In this document: piece after piece, positions 28,761-39,400 of the stretch
Position numbering within the stretch: position 1 is the stretch's first letter
How the letters are laid out: each line of letters opens with the position of its first letter
Assembly: GCA_965248925.1 (NCBI GenBank)
Contig: CBDFLE010000006.1
Location: forward strand, 3,456,001 to 3,520,000
DNA length: 64,000 nucleotides
Direction: 5' to 3'
From: Candidatus Multivoradales bacterium
GTDB lineage: Bacteria > Acidobacteriota > Thermoanaerobaculia > Multivoradales > J023
The notes under the pieces: model-generated
What the model saw: only the letters and a program-made list of their open reading frames with translations
What the model was told of the DNA's origin: nothing
Databases searched by the model: none
Translations under genes and position numbers: made by a program

Positions 28761-31700
28761 GCGACGAGTCGCCAGCGGCCAGGCCGCACTCGCCGGTCGC
28801 CGACGCTGGCGCCGCCGTTGCCGGTGCTCCTGGCACTACTGCTGGGCCGCCAGCCTCCATGAACTCCTCGAGCTTTGTCACCCGCCGGCCGGTGGCGGTG
28901 CTGATGGTGGTCTTGGCGGCGGTGGTCTTTGGTCTGTTCTCCTACCGTCAGCTGCCGGTGACGCTGATGCCGGAACTCAGTTACCCCACCCTGACGGTGC
29001 GCACCGAATATCCTGGCGCCGCTCCGGAAGAGGTCGAGAACGACATCAGCCGGCCGGTCGAAGACGCCCTTGGGGTGATCGGTGGCTTGTCCAAGATCAG
29101 CAGTGTGTCGCGGGCCGGGGTCAGCGATGTGGTGCTGGAGTTTGGCTGGGACAGCGATATGTCCGAGGCGCTACAGGACACCTTGGAGAAGCTCGACCTG
29201 GTGTTCTTGCCGACTGCCGCTGAGCGACCGTTGATTTTGCGCTTCGACCCTTCTCTCGATCCGGTCTTGGAACTCAGTCTGTCGGCCAGCGACGCCCACT
29301 TCGAGGGCGACGTGGGGCTTCGCCGTCTGCGACGAATCGCTGAGTTGCAGGTGCGGCGGGCACTAGAGCCGGTGCCAGGGGTGGCGGCCGTGCGCTTGCG
29401 CGGCGGCTTGGAGGAGGAGATTCAGGTGTTGGTCGATGACGAGTCGCTCAGGCGTAGCGGCTTGCCCATCGACCGCCTAGTCGAGCGTCTGGCGCAAGAG
29501 AATGTCAATGTCGCTGGCGGCACGATTCGCGAAGGACGCACCGAGTACATGGTGCGGACCCTCAACGAATTCCAGAACCTGACGCAGATCGGCGCCACCA
29601 TGATCGCTCTCGATCACGGCCGCGAAATCCGCGTTCGCGACGTGGCACGGGTGGAGAACGGACATCGGGAACGGCAGATCCTGACCCGCACCGATGGCGC
29701 CGAGAGTGTCCAGGTCGATATCTACAAGGAAGCCGACGCCAACATGGTGGCCTTGTCGAAGGCCATCCGTGCGCGGCTCGGCGATCTCGAGAGCGAGCCC
29801 AAGAAAGCTGCCAAGCGCCAGCCTCTCGGCGCTGATAAGCAGCCGCAGGGCAGCCGCGTTCCCGGGGCCGGTGAAGGCTTGGCCGCCGAGCTGCTGCGCA
29901 CTGAGGGGGCGCGACTCGAGGTGGTTGCCGATCGTTCGTTGTTCATTGAAAGCTCGATCAACGAAGTCAAGAGCACCGCTCTGTTTGGCGGTTTGTTGGC
30001 GGTGCTGGTGTTGCTGCTCTTTTTGCGCAGTCTGAAGAGCACGGTGATTGTGGCGCTGGCGATTCCGATTTCCTTGGTGGTGACCTTCGCGCCGCTGAAG
30101 CTGCTCGGGGTTTCACTCAACATCATGTCCCTCGGTGGATTGGCGCTGGGGGTTGGCATGTTGGTGGACTCTTCGATCGTCGTTTTGGAGTCGATTTTTC
30201 GCTGTCGTGAGGAGGGCGACGGGGTGGTGGCCGCAGCGGTGCGCGGCACCCGCGAAGTCCAAGGGGCGGTGGTGGCCTCGATCTTGACCTCTATCGCGGT
30301 GTTCTTCCCGATGGTTTTTGTCGAGGGGGTGGCGGGCCAGGCTTTTGGCGATCTGGGGCTAGCGGTGGTCATTGCTTTACTGGCTTCTCTAGTTGTCGCC
30401 TTGGCCTTCATTCCGATGCTGGCCAGCCGTCAGGGGCTAGATCGTGGCGGCGCTCGACAGCGTCGGATCAGCTGGCGATTCGGCGCTTGGCAGCAGCTGC
30501 GCCGAGATCTGAGGGCGCTGCGCGCCTGGCGCCGGCGGGGTGGTCTGCCACGGGCCTTGGCGCCGCTGGCCGTGGTGCCCTATCTGCTGTTTCGCGGCTT
30601 GCTTCAGGCCCTGCTAGAGGGGGTTGGCAAGCTGATCTTGCTGGCTCTCTTCGCCTCGCTTGGGTTGTTGGCTGTTGCCCTTCGGCTTGCCGAACCGGTG
30701 CTGTTGCGCCCCGGGCGTGCCCTGGCGGCTGTCGCCGAACGCCTGCTGCTGGCTGGCGAGCATTTCTACTCCAGACTGCTGCGCCGGATCTTGGCTCTGC
30801 CGCTGACGGTCTTGGTGCTGGCCCTGCTGCTGTTGGGGATGACCGCCTGGCTGGCGACTCGGCTCGATAGTGAGTTGCTACCCGAGGTTCATCAAGGAGA
30901 GTTGACGGTGGAGGTGGCGCTGCCGGTGGGAACGCCACTCGAGCAGACCGATGCTGTCTTGCGTCCCGTGGAGCAGGCGATCCTGGCTGAGGAAGAAGCA
31001 ATCCGTAGTCTGCTGCTGACCGTCGGTTTCGATCCGGCCAACTCGCAGCGCTCGGACGAGGGTGAGCATACGGCGCGTTTTAAGGTGCTGTTGCAATCGG
31101 CCGATCCACGGCTCGAAGATCGCGTGGTGGCTAGTCTGCGGCGGCGCTTCTTGGCAATTCCCGATCTCGAAGCACGGGTTGTGCGGCCGGTTCTGTTTAG
31201 TTTCCGCACCCCGATCGAGGTCGAGGTGCATGGTGACGACCTGGGGGAACTCAGACGCTGGTCGGAACGGGTCCGCGAGCAGTTGACGGCTCTGCCCGAG
31301 TTGGCCGATGTCGAGAGCACTCTGCGGGCGGGCGCGCCCGAGGTGCAGATCATCTACGATCGCGACCAGCTGGCCCGCTATGACCTCAACATCGCGCGGG
31401 TCGCAGAGCAGGTCAAGAACGCTGTCCAAGGCACTGAGGCTACCCGCTTCAACCTGCGCGACCGGCGTATCCCTATTGTCGTGCGACTCGACCAGGAAGA
31501 TCGGGCCTCGGTGGACGACGTGCGCCAACTGGTGGTCAATCCCGGGGGTGAGCGGCCGATCTCGCTCGATGCGGTGGCCGCGGTTATCCTGGGCGAGGGT
31601 CCCAGCGAAGTACGTCGGGTCGATGGTCGCCGGGTCGCCTTGGTGCGCGCTAGTCTGGCCGGTGGCGCCCTCGGTGGCGCGGTGGTGGCCATCGACGGTA

Positions 31701-32353
31701 AGCTGCGGCAGCTCGATTGGCCAGCGCGGATGACCTACTTGCTCAGCGGCCAGAGTGAGGAGTGGCAGAACAGCCGCTCTAGCTTGCTGCTGGCGCTGGC
31801 GCTGTCGATTTTTCTGGTCTACGTCATCATGGCAGCGCAGTTCGAATCGCTGCTGCAACCGCTGGTGATCATGCTCAGCATTCCCTTGGCATTTCTCGGA
31901 ACGGTGCTGGCGCTCTACGGACTTGGCATCAGCCTGTCGATTGTTGCTTTTCTGGGGATGATCATGCTGGCGGGTATCGTGGTCAACAACGCCATCGTGT
32001 TGGTCGACTACATCAACACTCTGCGCCGCCGCGGCCTGGCCTTGGAGCGGGCGGTGCTTGAAGCCGGGCGGGTGCGGCTGCGGCCGATCCTAATGACCAC
32101 CGCCACCACCGCATTGGGCTTGGCGCCGATGGCTGCGGGCCTGGGCGATGGCGCCGAAATTCGCCGGCCGATGGCGATCGCGGTGATCAGCGGACTGGTG
32201 GTCTCGACCCTGCTGACGCTGGTGGTGATTCCGTCGTTCTACACCTCGATCGGCCGTTTACAAGCCCGTTGGCTGGGGCCTGGCGCGCTCGAACCAACCA
32301 CTGCACCGGCGGCCGATCCGGCTCGGAGAAAGCTAGATGCAACCAGCAACTGA
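28757..32353 (+). CDS. RND permease, subunit 1
   Basis: RRPVAVLM, YPGAAPEEVE, GMLVDSSIVVLE, RLRPILMTT. Confidence 0.93.
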   Translation: MSDESPAARPHSPVADAGAAVAGAPGTTAGPPASMNSSSFVTRRPVAVLMVVLAAVVFGLFSYRQLPVTLMPELSYPTLTVRTEYPGAAPEEVENDISRPVEDALGVIGGLSKISSVSRAGVSDVVLEFGWDSDMSEALQDTLEKLDLVFLPTAAERPLILRFDPSLDPVLELSLSASDAHFEGDVGLRRLRRIAELQVRRALEPVPGVAAVRLRGGLEEEIQVLVDDESLRRSGLPIDRLVERLAQENVNVAGGTIREGRTEYMVRTLNEFQNLTQIGATMIALDHGREIRVRDVARVENGHRERQILTRTDGAESVQVDIYKEADANMVALSKAIRARLGDLESEPKKAAKRQPLGADKQPQGSRVPGAGEGLAAELLRTEGARLEVVADRSLFIESSINEVKSTALFGGLLAVLVLLLFLRSLKSTVIVALAIPISLVVTFAPLKLLGVSLNIMSLGGLALGVGMLVDSSIVVLESIFRCREEGDGVVAAAVRGTREVQGAVVASILTSIAVFFPMVFVEGVAGQAFGDLGLAVVIALLASLVVALAFIPMLASRQGLDRGGARQRRISWRFGAWQQLRRDLRALRAWRRRGGLPRALAPLAVVPYLLFRGLLQALLEGVGKLILLALFASLGLLAVALRLAEPVLLRPGRALAAVAERLLLAGEHFYSRLLRRILALPLTVLVLALLLLGMTAWLATRLDSELLPEVHQGELTVEVALPVGTPLEQTDAVLRPVEQAILAEEEAIRSLLLTVGFDPANSQRSDEGEHTARFKVLLQSADPRLEDRVVASLRRRFLAIPDLEARVVRPVLFSFRTPIEVEVHGDDLGELRRWSERVREQLTALPELADVESTLRAGAPEVQIIYDRDQLARYDLNIARVAEQVKNAVQGTEATRFNLRDRRIPIVVRLDQEDRASVDDVRQLVVNPGGERPISLDAVAAVILGEGPSEVRRVDGRRVALVRASLAGGALGGAVVAIDGKLRQLDWPARMTYLLSGQSEEWQNSRSSLLLALALSIFLVYVIMAAQFESLLQPLVIMLSIPLAFLGTVLALYGLGISLSIVAFLGMIMLAGIVVNNAIVLVDYINTLRRRGLALERAVLEAGRVRLRPILMTTATTALGLAPMAAGLGDGAEIRRPMAIAVISGLVVSTLLTLVVIPSFYTSIGRLQARWLGPGALEPTTAPAADPARRKLDATSN

Positions 32354-35300
32354 TCGTCGGCCGGACTCAGGTGAGGCCGTCCTGCCCCGCTTTTCCCTCG
32401 ATCGGCGGGTCACCATCTTGGTGCTGTTGGCCACCTTTCTGGTGCTGGGTTCGCTGGCCATGTGGAATATCCCGCTGGAGCTGATCCCGCGGGGCTTTGA
32501 GGAAAGTTCGCTGCAAGTGCGAGCGATGTGGAAAAACGCCCCGGCCCAGGAGGTGCTCGACAAGCTCACCTTGCCGCTCGAGCAAGAACTTTCGACCATC
32601 CCCGGCATTCTTAATCTCAACACCTTTACCACTACCGGCTTGTCGCGTTGCTTCATCAGTTTCAAACATGGTAGCGACATGGGTGTGGTCTACCGCGAGG
32701 TTCGTGACCGCATCGAACGGGCCAAAGCGAGGATGCCCGAAGACCTCGACCGAGTGTTGATCTCCAAGCAAGACTCCACCAGCATTCCGGTCTTCGCCAT
32801 GGGGCTGACTATCGACCCCGAGCTGACTGACGCCTACAACTTGATTCAGACCGAGGTGCTGCTGCCCCTACAACGCATCGACGGGGTTGCCGCGGTCGAT
32901 ATCCAGGGGCTGGCTGAGAAGGAAGTGTTGATTGAACTTGATCGCGAGCGCACCGCCGCGGCCGGTTTGAACATCTATCAGATCGGTCTTGAGCTGGGCG
33001 ATGACAACTTCACTTTGGCCAGTGGCACGGTGCGTTCGGCAGGCAAGAAGATGCTGCTGCGTTCGGTCGCCCGCTTTGTCGACCTGGAGGCCATCAAGCG
33101 TCGTCGGGTCGGTGGTCAAACTCGCCTTGAGGATATTGCCAGGGTGAGCTATCGCGAGCCCGAGGTCAGGTATCGGGCGCGGGCCAACAGTCAGCCGGCG
33201 GCCTTCTTGGTGATCTTCAAAGAGGGTGAGGCCAACGCCCTGGAGGTCGGCGACAAAGTGGCGGCGGCGGTCGAGCGAATGCGCAACAACCCCCGCCTCG
33301 ACCGCCTTGGCATGACCGATTTCTTCAATCAGGGCTCGACTATTCGCGATTCGCTGGGAGTGATGATCGACAGTGGTCGGATAGGTGCTTTGTTCGCCGC
33401 ATTGGTGCTGTTTTTCTTTCTCCGCCGATTCCGCATGACCCTGATCATCAGCCTGTCGATTCCGCTTAGCCTGTTCATCGGCATCACCGCTCTTTACTTC
33501 GCCGGCGAGACCTTGAATGTGCTGTCGTTGCTCGGTCTGATGATCTCAGTGGGCTTGTTGGTGGATAACTCGGTGGTGGTGGCGGAGAACATCTTCCGCC
33601 TGCATCGCCGGGGGCTCGATCGTCGGCAGGCGACGATTCGTGGTACTGGCGAGATCTCGCTGGCGGTGTTGATGGCTACCCTGACCACCATCGTCGTCTT
33701 TCTACCGGTGTCACTGGTCGACGGCAAAGCCCGCTTTCTGATGATGCGCCTGTCCTTGCCGATCACCGCTTCGCTCTTGGCATCATTGGTCGTAGCGCTG
33801 ATCTTTGTGCCGTTGGCGGTTTACTTGACTTTGCCGAGCAAGGCTGGCAAGGGTTCCTCGGGGCGGCTCGGGAGCCGATCTCAAGAACTCTTGCGGCGGC
33901 TCTATGAGCACACGGTAGGGCGGATCAATCGAGCCTACACCAGCTTGCTGGCGGTTTTTCTCGGCCGCCGGTTCGATCTACTGCTGGTGGTCATGGCGAT
34001 CTCTGTGGCCACCTTTTTGCTGCCAATGCAGCAGGTCGAACTCACCGATGTGCAAGAACAAGAAGGGGGTTTTGTCGAGATTGACATGGTGATGCCGCAG
34101 GGCAACACCCTCGAAGACTCGGACGCGTACTTTGCCATCGTCGAACAACGGCTCGAGGAAAACCTCGAACGCCTCGATCTCGACGGTTATTTTATTTTCC
34201 ATCGCGCCCATCACGGTGAGGTTCAGGGTTGGTTCAACAAGCCGCGCAACAACGAGTTGACGCCGCGGCAAGTGACCGAGGAGATCCTTGCCCTGATGCC
34301 TGAGAAAGCCGGTGCCAAGCTTTACACCGGACTTGAAAGCGACGATGAAGAGAGCACCGAGAAAGTCGAAGTGATGACCTTGGTGGGCACCGATGCGGCG
34401 GAGCTCGACGTTATCGCGACGCGTTTCGAAGAGGTCTTGGTAGCGGTGCCCGGCGTGCTGGGGGCGAAGCGCAGCGGCGAACTCGAAGCCAGCGAGCTGG
34501 GGTTGGTGGTCAACCGCGACCTCGCTCAACGGCTCGATCTCAGCCCGGCGGCGGTGGCTGGGGTGGTGCGCAACGCTATCGGTGGCCGTTCGTTGCCAAA
34601 GATCTATCGCGATGGGCGCGAGATTCCGGTGCGGGTACAATTTCAGCAAGCCGATCGCGAACGGCTCGATCAACTGTTCGATTTTCGGGTACCCGCTAGT
34701 AACGGCGAGTTGGTGGCACTAGGTACAGTGACCGAGGCATCTCGATTGCCCGCCAACCAGCGGATTTTTCGACGCAACAAACAAGTGGCTCGCACCATCA
34801 CCTTGGAACTCGAAGAAGACGCTGGCAAGGAAACCCGTGACCAGCTGTGGGCTCTGGCCGCCAAGCTCGATTTACCGGAGGGTGTGAGGCTCAAGGGTGA
34901 GCGTCGGGGTGGTGGTCAGCAAGATGATCAGGCGGCGCTTATGTTCGCCATCTTGCTGTCGATTGCATTTATCTACTTGTTGATGGGTTTTCTCTTCGAG
35001 AGCTTCATCCTTCCTTTGTCCATTGTGCCGACCATTCCCTTGGCGATCCTTGGAGTTTATTGGATTCATTATGCCGCGGGTTACGATCTCGACATGTTGG
35101 GTATGGTTGGGGTGGTGCTGCTGATCGGTGTGGTGGTCAACAACGGTATAGTTCTGGTCGATACCATCAACCGCTTGCGCGCCGCTGGCGATTCGCGCCG
35201 CCAAGCGGTGCTCGAATCGGCCGATCGGCGCTTCCGACCGATCATGATGACCGCGCTGACCACAGTCTGTGGCATGGTGCCCCTGACCCTCGCCGGTTCC

Positions 35301-35492
35301 TCGTCCATCGGCCTGAGCTACACCAGCTTCGGCCTCACCCTGATCGGCGGCATGACCACCGCCACAGTTCTCACCTTGCTGGTGGTGCCGGTGGCCTACA
35401 CCCTCTTCGACGATTTGGGGGACGTTCTGCTGCGGGTCTTGAGGCGGGTGTTTAGCGGCGGGCGGCAGGCAGCGGACTCGATGACGAGGTAA
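32337..35492 (+). CDS. RND permease, subunit 2
   Basis: GLLVDNSVVVAENI, GVVVNNGIVLVD, RFRPIMMT; overlaps the preceding permease. Confidence 0.93.
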   Translation: MQPATDRRPDSGEAVLPRFSLDRRVTILVLLATFLVLGSLAMWNIPLELIPRGFEESSLQVRAMWKNAPAQEVLDKLTLPLEQELSTIPGILNLNTFTTTGLSRCFISFKHGSDMGVVYREVRDRIERAKARMPEDLDRVLISKQDSTSIPVFAMGLTIDPELTDAYNLIQTEVLLPLQRIDGVAAVDIQGLAEKEVLIELDRERTAAAGLNIYQIGLELGDDNFTLASGTVRSAGKKMLLRSVARFVDLEAIKRRRVGGQTRLEDIARVSYREPEVRYRARANSQPAAFLVIFKEGEANALEVGDKVAAAVERMRNNPRLDRLGMTDFFNQGSTIRDSLGVMIDSGRIGALFAALVLFFFLRRFRMTLIISLSIPLSLFIGITALYFAGETLNVLSLLGLMISVGLLVDNSVVVAENIFRLHRRGLDRRQATIRGTGEISLAVLMATLTTIVVFLPVSLVDGKARFLMMRLSLPITASLLASLVVALIFVPLAVYLTLPSKAGKGSSGRLGSRSQELLRRLYEHTVGRINRAYTSLLAVFLGRRFDLLLVVMAISVATFLLPMQQVELTDVQEQEGGFVEIDMVMPQGNTLEDSDAYFAIVEQRLEENLERLDLDGYFIFHRAHHGEVQGWFNKPRNNELTPRQVTEEILALMPEKAGAKLYTGLESDDEESTEKVEVMTLVGTDAAELDVIATRFEEVLVAVPGVLGAKRSGELEASELGLVVNRDLAQRLDLSPAAVAGVVRNAIGGRSLPKIYRDGREIPVRVQFQQADRERLDQLFDFRVPASNGELVALGTVTEASRLPANQRIFRRNKQVARTITLELEEDAGKETRDQLWALAAKLDLPEGVRLKGERRGGGQQDDQAALMFAILLSIAFIYLLMGFLFESFILPLSIVPTIPLAILGVYWIHYAAGYDLDMLGMVGVVLLIGVVVNNGIVLVDTINRLRAAGDSRRQAVLESADRRFRPIMMTALTTVCGMVPLTLAGSSSIGLSYTSFGLTLIGGMTTATVLTLLVVPVAYTLFDDLGDVLLRVLRRVFSGGRQAADSMTR

Positions 35493-35686
35493 AGCAGGTT
35501 CAATCTGTTAGGCTCCAAGCACCAACCGGAATCTGCTCAGCTTTGTCTAGAGCCGAGGGGTAGTGAATTGAGACAAGACCAAGTGGAATCAATAACCGTT
35601 CCTGCTTGCTCAGTGGTTCAGGGAAGCGATTGTCGGGCATGAGAGTCCAAGCAACTATGCGACCAAACCAACGGAAGGGTGAAGAG

Positions 35687-36388
35687 ATGCGCCGAAGATC
35701 CTGCCTCAGTACCGTATATCTCCTACCTCAGAGATGGCAGATTTTGCCTCTCGCCCTCTTCATGCTCGGCCTCTTCACGGTCCTGCCGCTGACCGCGCAA
35801 CTCCCCCCGAGCCACCAGCGCGGAGTGACCGCCGACACCGCCTACCAGATTGGCGACCTGGATCAGATCAATCTCTTCAACGGCAGCCTGACCGTATCTC
35901 TACCGATCGGCATCACCTATCCGGTCGGCCCGTCCCTGAGCTTCAGCCTGACCGCCTCGTACAGCTCCGGTGGCTGGGAGTACGATGAGAATCACCAATG
36001 TCAAGACATCAATCCACCCTTCGCGCTGCGTACCTACAGCCTGCCGATCCAGGATCTCAAGACGCAGGCCGGCTTCGGCTGGAGAGTCAGCCTCGGAGAG
36101 CTGATCGCGCCACGTAACAGTCCGACGACAACGCCTGAGATTTACGTCGATCCAAGTGGCGGCGAGCACAGGTTTTATACCGAGCTGCATCCCGGCGGTT
36201 TTCCAGCGACACCGCAGCCCAGCACCTGGTTCACCAACGACAGTACCTATTTGCGTCTACGCAAGCGCAATCCGGGGGTGTGCGAGCTGCCGTCTGGCAC
36301 CTTTGTCGATCAGAGCTGCTACACGGTAGAATTTTCTGGCGGCGAGCTGCACGAGTTCCATAACTACGCCTCAGTCGGCGATCTCTGA
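35687..36388 (+). CDS. N-terminal part of the Rhs/YD protein (signal peptide), ended by an in-frame TGA
   Basis: Signal-like N-terminus ending LPLTA; DQINLFNGSLTVSLPIG...GFGWRVSLG is a typical Rhs N-terminal region; in frame with 36401. Confidence 0.8.
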   Translation: MRRRSCLSTVYLLPQRWQILPLALFMLGLFTVLPLTAQLPPSHQRGVTADTAYQIGDLDQINLFNGSLTVSLPIGITYPVGPSLSFSLTASYSSGGWEYDENHQCQDINPPFALRTYSLPIQDLKTQAGFGWRVSLGELIAPRNSPTTTPEIYVDPSGGEHRFYTELHPGGFPATPQPSTWFTNDSTYLRLRKRNPGVCELPSGTFVDQSCYTVEFSGGELHEFHNYASVGDL

Positions 36389-36400
36389 CGCCTGACCCGG

Positions 36401-39400
36401 ATGGAGGATCGCTTCGGCAATTGGATCAATGTGCGCTATGCCAACGATGGCGACTGGACATTGACCGACAGCCAAGGGCGCACTCACACGGTGGATTTTG
36501 TCGGTGGCAGAGTCGCCACCGTGAGGCTCGAAGCCTTCGGCAGCCAAAGCAACTCGACCTTCCTCTTTCAGTACCGCACCGAAACTCTAGAACGGCAGTT
36601 CGGTTTCCGCCCCGGCTGCGTGCCGATAGCCGAGCACACCCTCACCACCCAGGTGCTCGACCGGGTGGTGTTGCCCGACGGTTCGTTCTACGAGATGGAC
36701 TACCTGACTGTCGACAACCTGCTCTCGGGCGGCTTGTCGAAGCTGCGCTTGCCCACCGGCGGCGCCTACGGCTACGACTACCAGCTCTTCCCCTTCCAAA
36801 CCCAGCTGGCCGACCTCTTCCACGCTCCCGATTGGGGCACGGTGGCGCGGGGAGTCAAGAGCAAGCATCTCTTCCTCGACGACGGCGACACCACCCCCTA
36901 CGCCACCTGGAGCTACACCTACGACACCGCAAACCCGCAAGCCCCCGGCGATCCGCTGGGCCACCCCTGCTTCCACTCGATGAAAGTGACTGATCCGCTG
37001 GGCTTCGAGACGGTGGGCTATTTCTCCACCGTCGGCGCCAACAATCGCTGGTCCTACGGCCTGCCCTACACCTACTGCGATCCCATCAGCGGCAGCTTCT
37101 CAGAAGCCGGTCCCTTCCTCTCTCAAGAGCTTTTCGACGCTGGAGGCGTCAAGCTGCGCTCCATCTTCGTCGAGTTCGACAGCGATGGCCGCGACGCCGG
37201 CAACTACAACGAGAAAGCCCACCGCTTGCGCTACCGCAAGGAGACCTTCCACGACGACGGCGGCAAGGTCCGCGAAGTCACCTTCTCGGACTTCGATGGC
37301 CTGGGCCACTTCCGCACCATGACCACCGGCGGCAGCTTCGGCGCCGCCGACGTGCGCACCAGCAGCACCACCTACAACGCCAACCCCGACGACAGCTCGA
37401 TCGACCCGGCAACCGATCTCGTGCTGCCAAGCCACAACGCGCGCTGGATCTTGGAGACCTGGGACGAGCAGTCGGTGAGCGAAGGCGGGACCACCGAGAA
37501 AGCCGAGTTCTGCTTCAGTAGCACCACCGGCTTCCTCGAACGCCGCCGCCAGCTGGCTGGCAGCAGCCGTCAGAGCCGCGACGTGGTGAGCCTCCTCACC
37601 TCGACCGACGGCTTCGTCACCGGCGAGCGGGTCTATGGCGGCGACACCCAGAACCTCGGCACCGGCTCCTTGTGCAGCCTCGGCTTGTCCGGCCCGACCT
37701 ACCGCACCGACCACGTCTACGCCAGCGGCAGCCTGCGCAAGTCGACGGCGGTGGACTGCACCGGCACCGCGATCCTCACCCTGGCCGACTACGACATCGA
37801 CTCAGACACCGGCCTGGTGGCCACCAGCCGCGACGCGGCCGGCCTGGGCACCAGCTTCACTTACGATCGCTTGGGCCGCTTGACCGGCCAGCGCCCGGCC
37901 GAGCTGGGCTGGACCCAGTGGACCTACACCCTGCCCACCACCGCCAACCCCAGTCTTGCCCCCAAGCTCACCGAGCAACAGTGCCAGCCCTTCCAGACCT
38001 CCTGCAGCGGCACCGATCTGATGAGCTTCCGCGAGCACCGCTACGACGGCCTCGGCCGGCGGCTGCAAGAAACCGTGCGCATCCCCATCGCCAACGCTGG
38101 CCAGACCGAGCTCTGGCATCGCTACACGACCTGGAACCCACGTCACTGGAAGACGGACGAGTCGGTGTGGACCACCGCCTCAGCGGCCGGCGAAAGCCGG
38201 CGCACGACCTACCTCGCCTACGACCGCTTCGGCCGCCCCGGCCGGGTCAAGCCGCCAGAACAGCCGGCGACCTTCTTCACCTACCAGGGCGACCGGGTGC
38301 AGACCCGGCGCTTCAAAGTGCAGCTGACCAGTGGCCAGCAGGACACCTACGTCACCGAGATCATGGACGGCCAGGGCCGTCTGGCCGAGGTCTGCGAGGG
38401 CAGTTCCGCCGCCTGGTCTGGCAGCTGTGGTGGTGGCGGTCTGCTGACCCGCTATTCCTATGACGATGGTGGCAGACTGACCAAAGTGTGCCAGAACCTC
38501 AGCGGCTCGACCTGCGGCCAGACCCGCTTGTTCAGCTATGACGGTCGCGGTTTCCTACTCTCCGAGACCCATCCCGAGATCGGACCCTCGGGCAACGGCC
38601 GCATCGATTACCGCTTCGACGCCGGCGGCAACGCCACCTCCAAAGATCTGATCGGCAGCACCGCCTTCGATCTGAGCTTCGATTTCGACGCCGCCGGCCG
38701 ACTGATCAGAGTCCTCGAATCGAGCAATGGCGCGGGGAGCACCCCGCGTCTGCAGAAGCAGTTCCGCTACGCCCGCACCAACTCTGGCAGCGACCACCGG
38801 GCCGGGAAGCTGGTGCAGACCGTGCGCCACAACTGGGTCGACATTCAGAGCCCCCTGGCCCCCGAGCCCGGCTCCCTCGACGTCAAGCTCTCCGAGAGCT
38901 TCCGCTACACCGGTCGTCAGGGCCTGATGTCGGAGAAGCAGACCCGCTACCAATTCTTCGCCGGCAACTACGCCTTCACCACCGGCTTCGCCTTCGACAC
39001 CCAGGGCAATTTGTCACAACTCGATTACCCCAGCTGTCAGCACGCCGACGGTGGCTGTGCCACCAACGATCCGCAGCGCACAGTGAATTTCAACTACGAG
39101 AAGGGTATGCTCAGGTCCGTGCCTGGATTCGCCAACAACCTCACCTACCAGAGCGGTGGCATGCTGCATCAGCTCGCCCACAGCGATGGTGTAGTCGACA
39201 GCCAAGAAGTCAGCAGCTTGAACGGCCTCGCCCGGCCGCACCAGCTGACCACCTCTGCGGGCTGGAGCAGCGGTAACTTCGCCTACGACGGAGCTGGAAA
39301 TATCTCCGCCATTGGCAACTTGGCGTACCGCTATGACCGCCTCGGCAGGTTGATCTCCGGCCAGACCTCCGTCGGTGCCACCCTCTTCACCCAGACCGCG

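Noticed and set aside
36386-36388. TGA as selenocysteine or an alternative genetic code
   Set aside because: Context suggests Trp, no convincing SECIS was seen, and many neighbouring genes end at TGA with normal ATGA/GTGA coupling.
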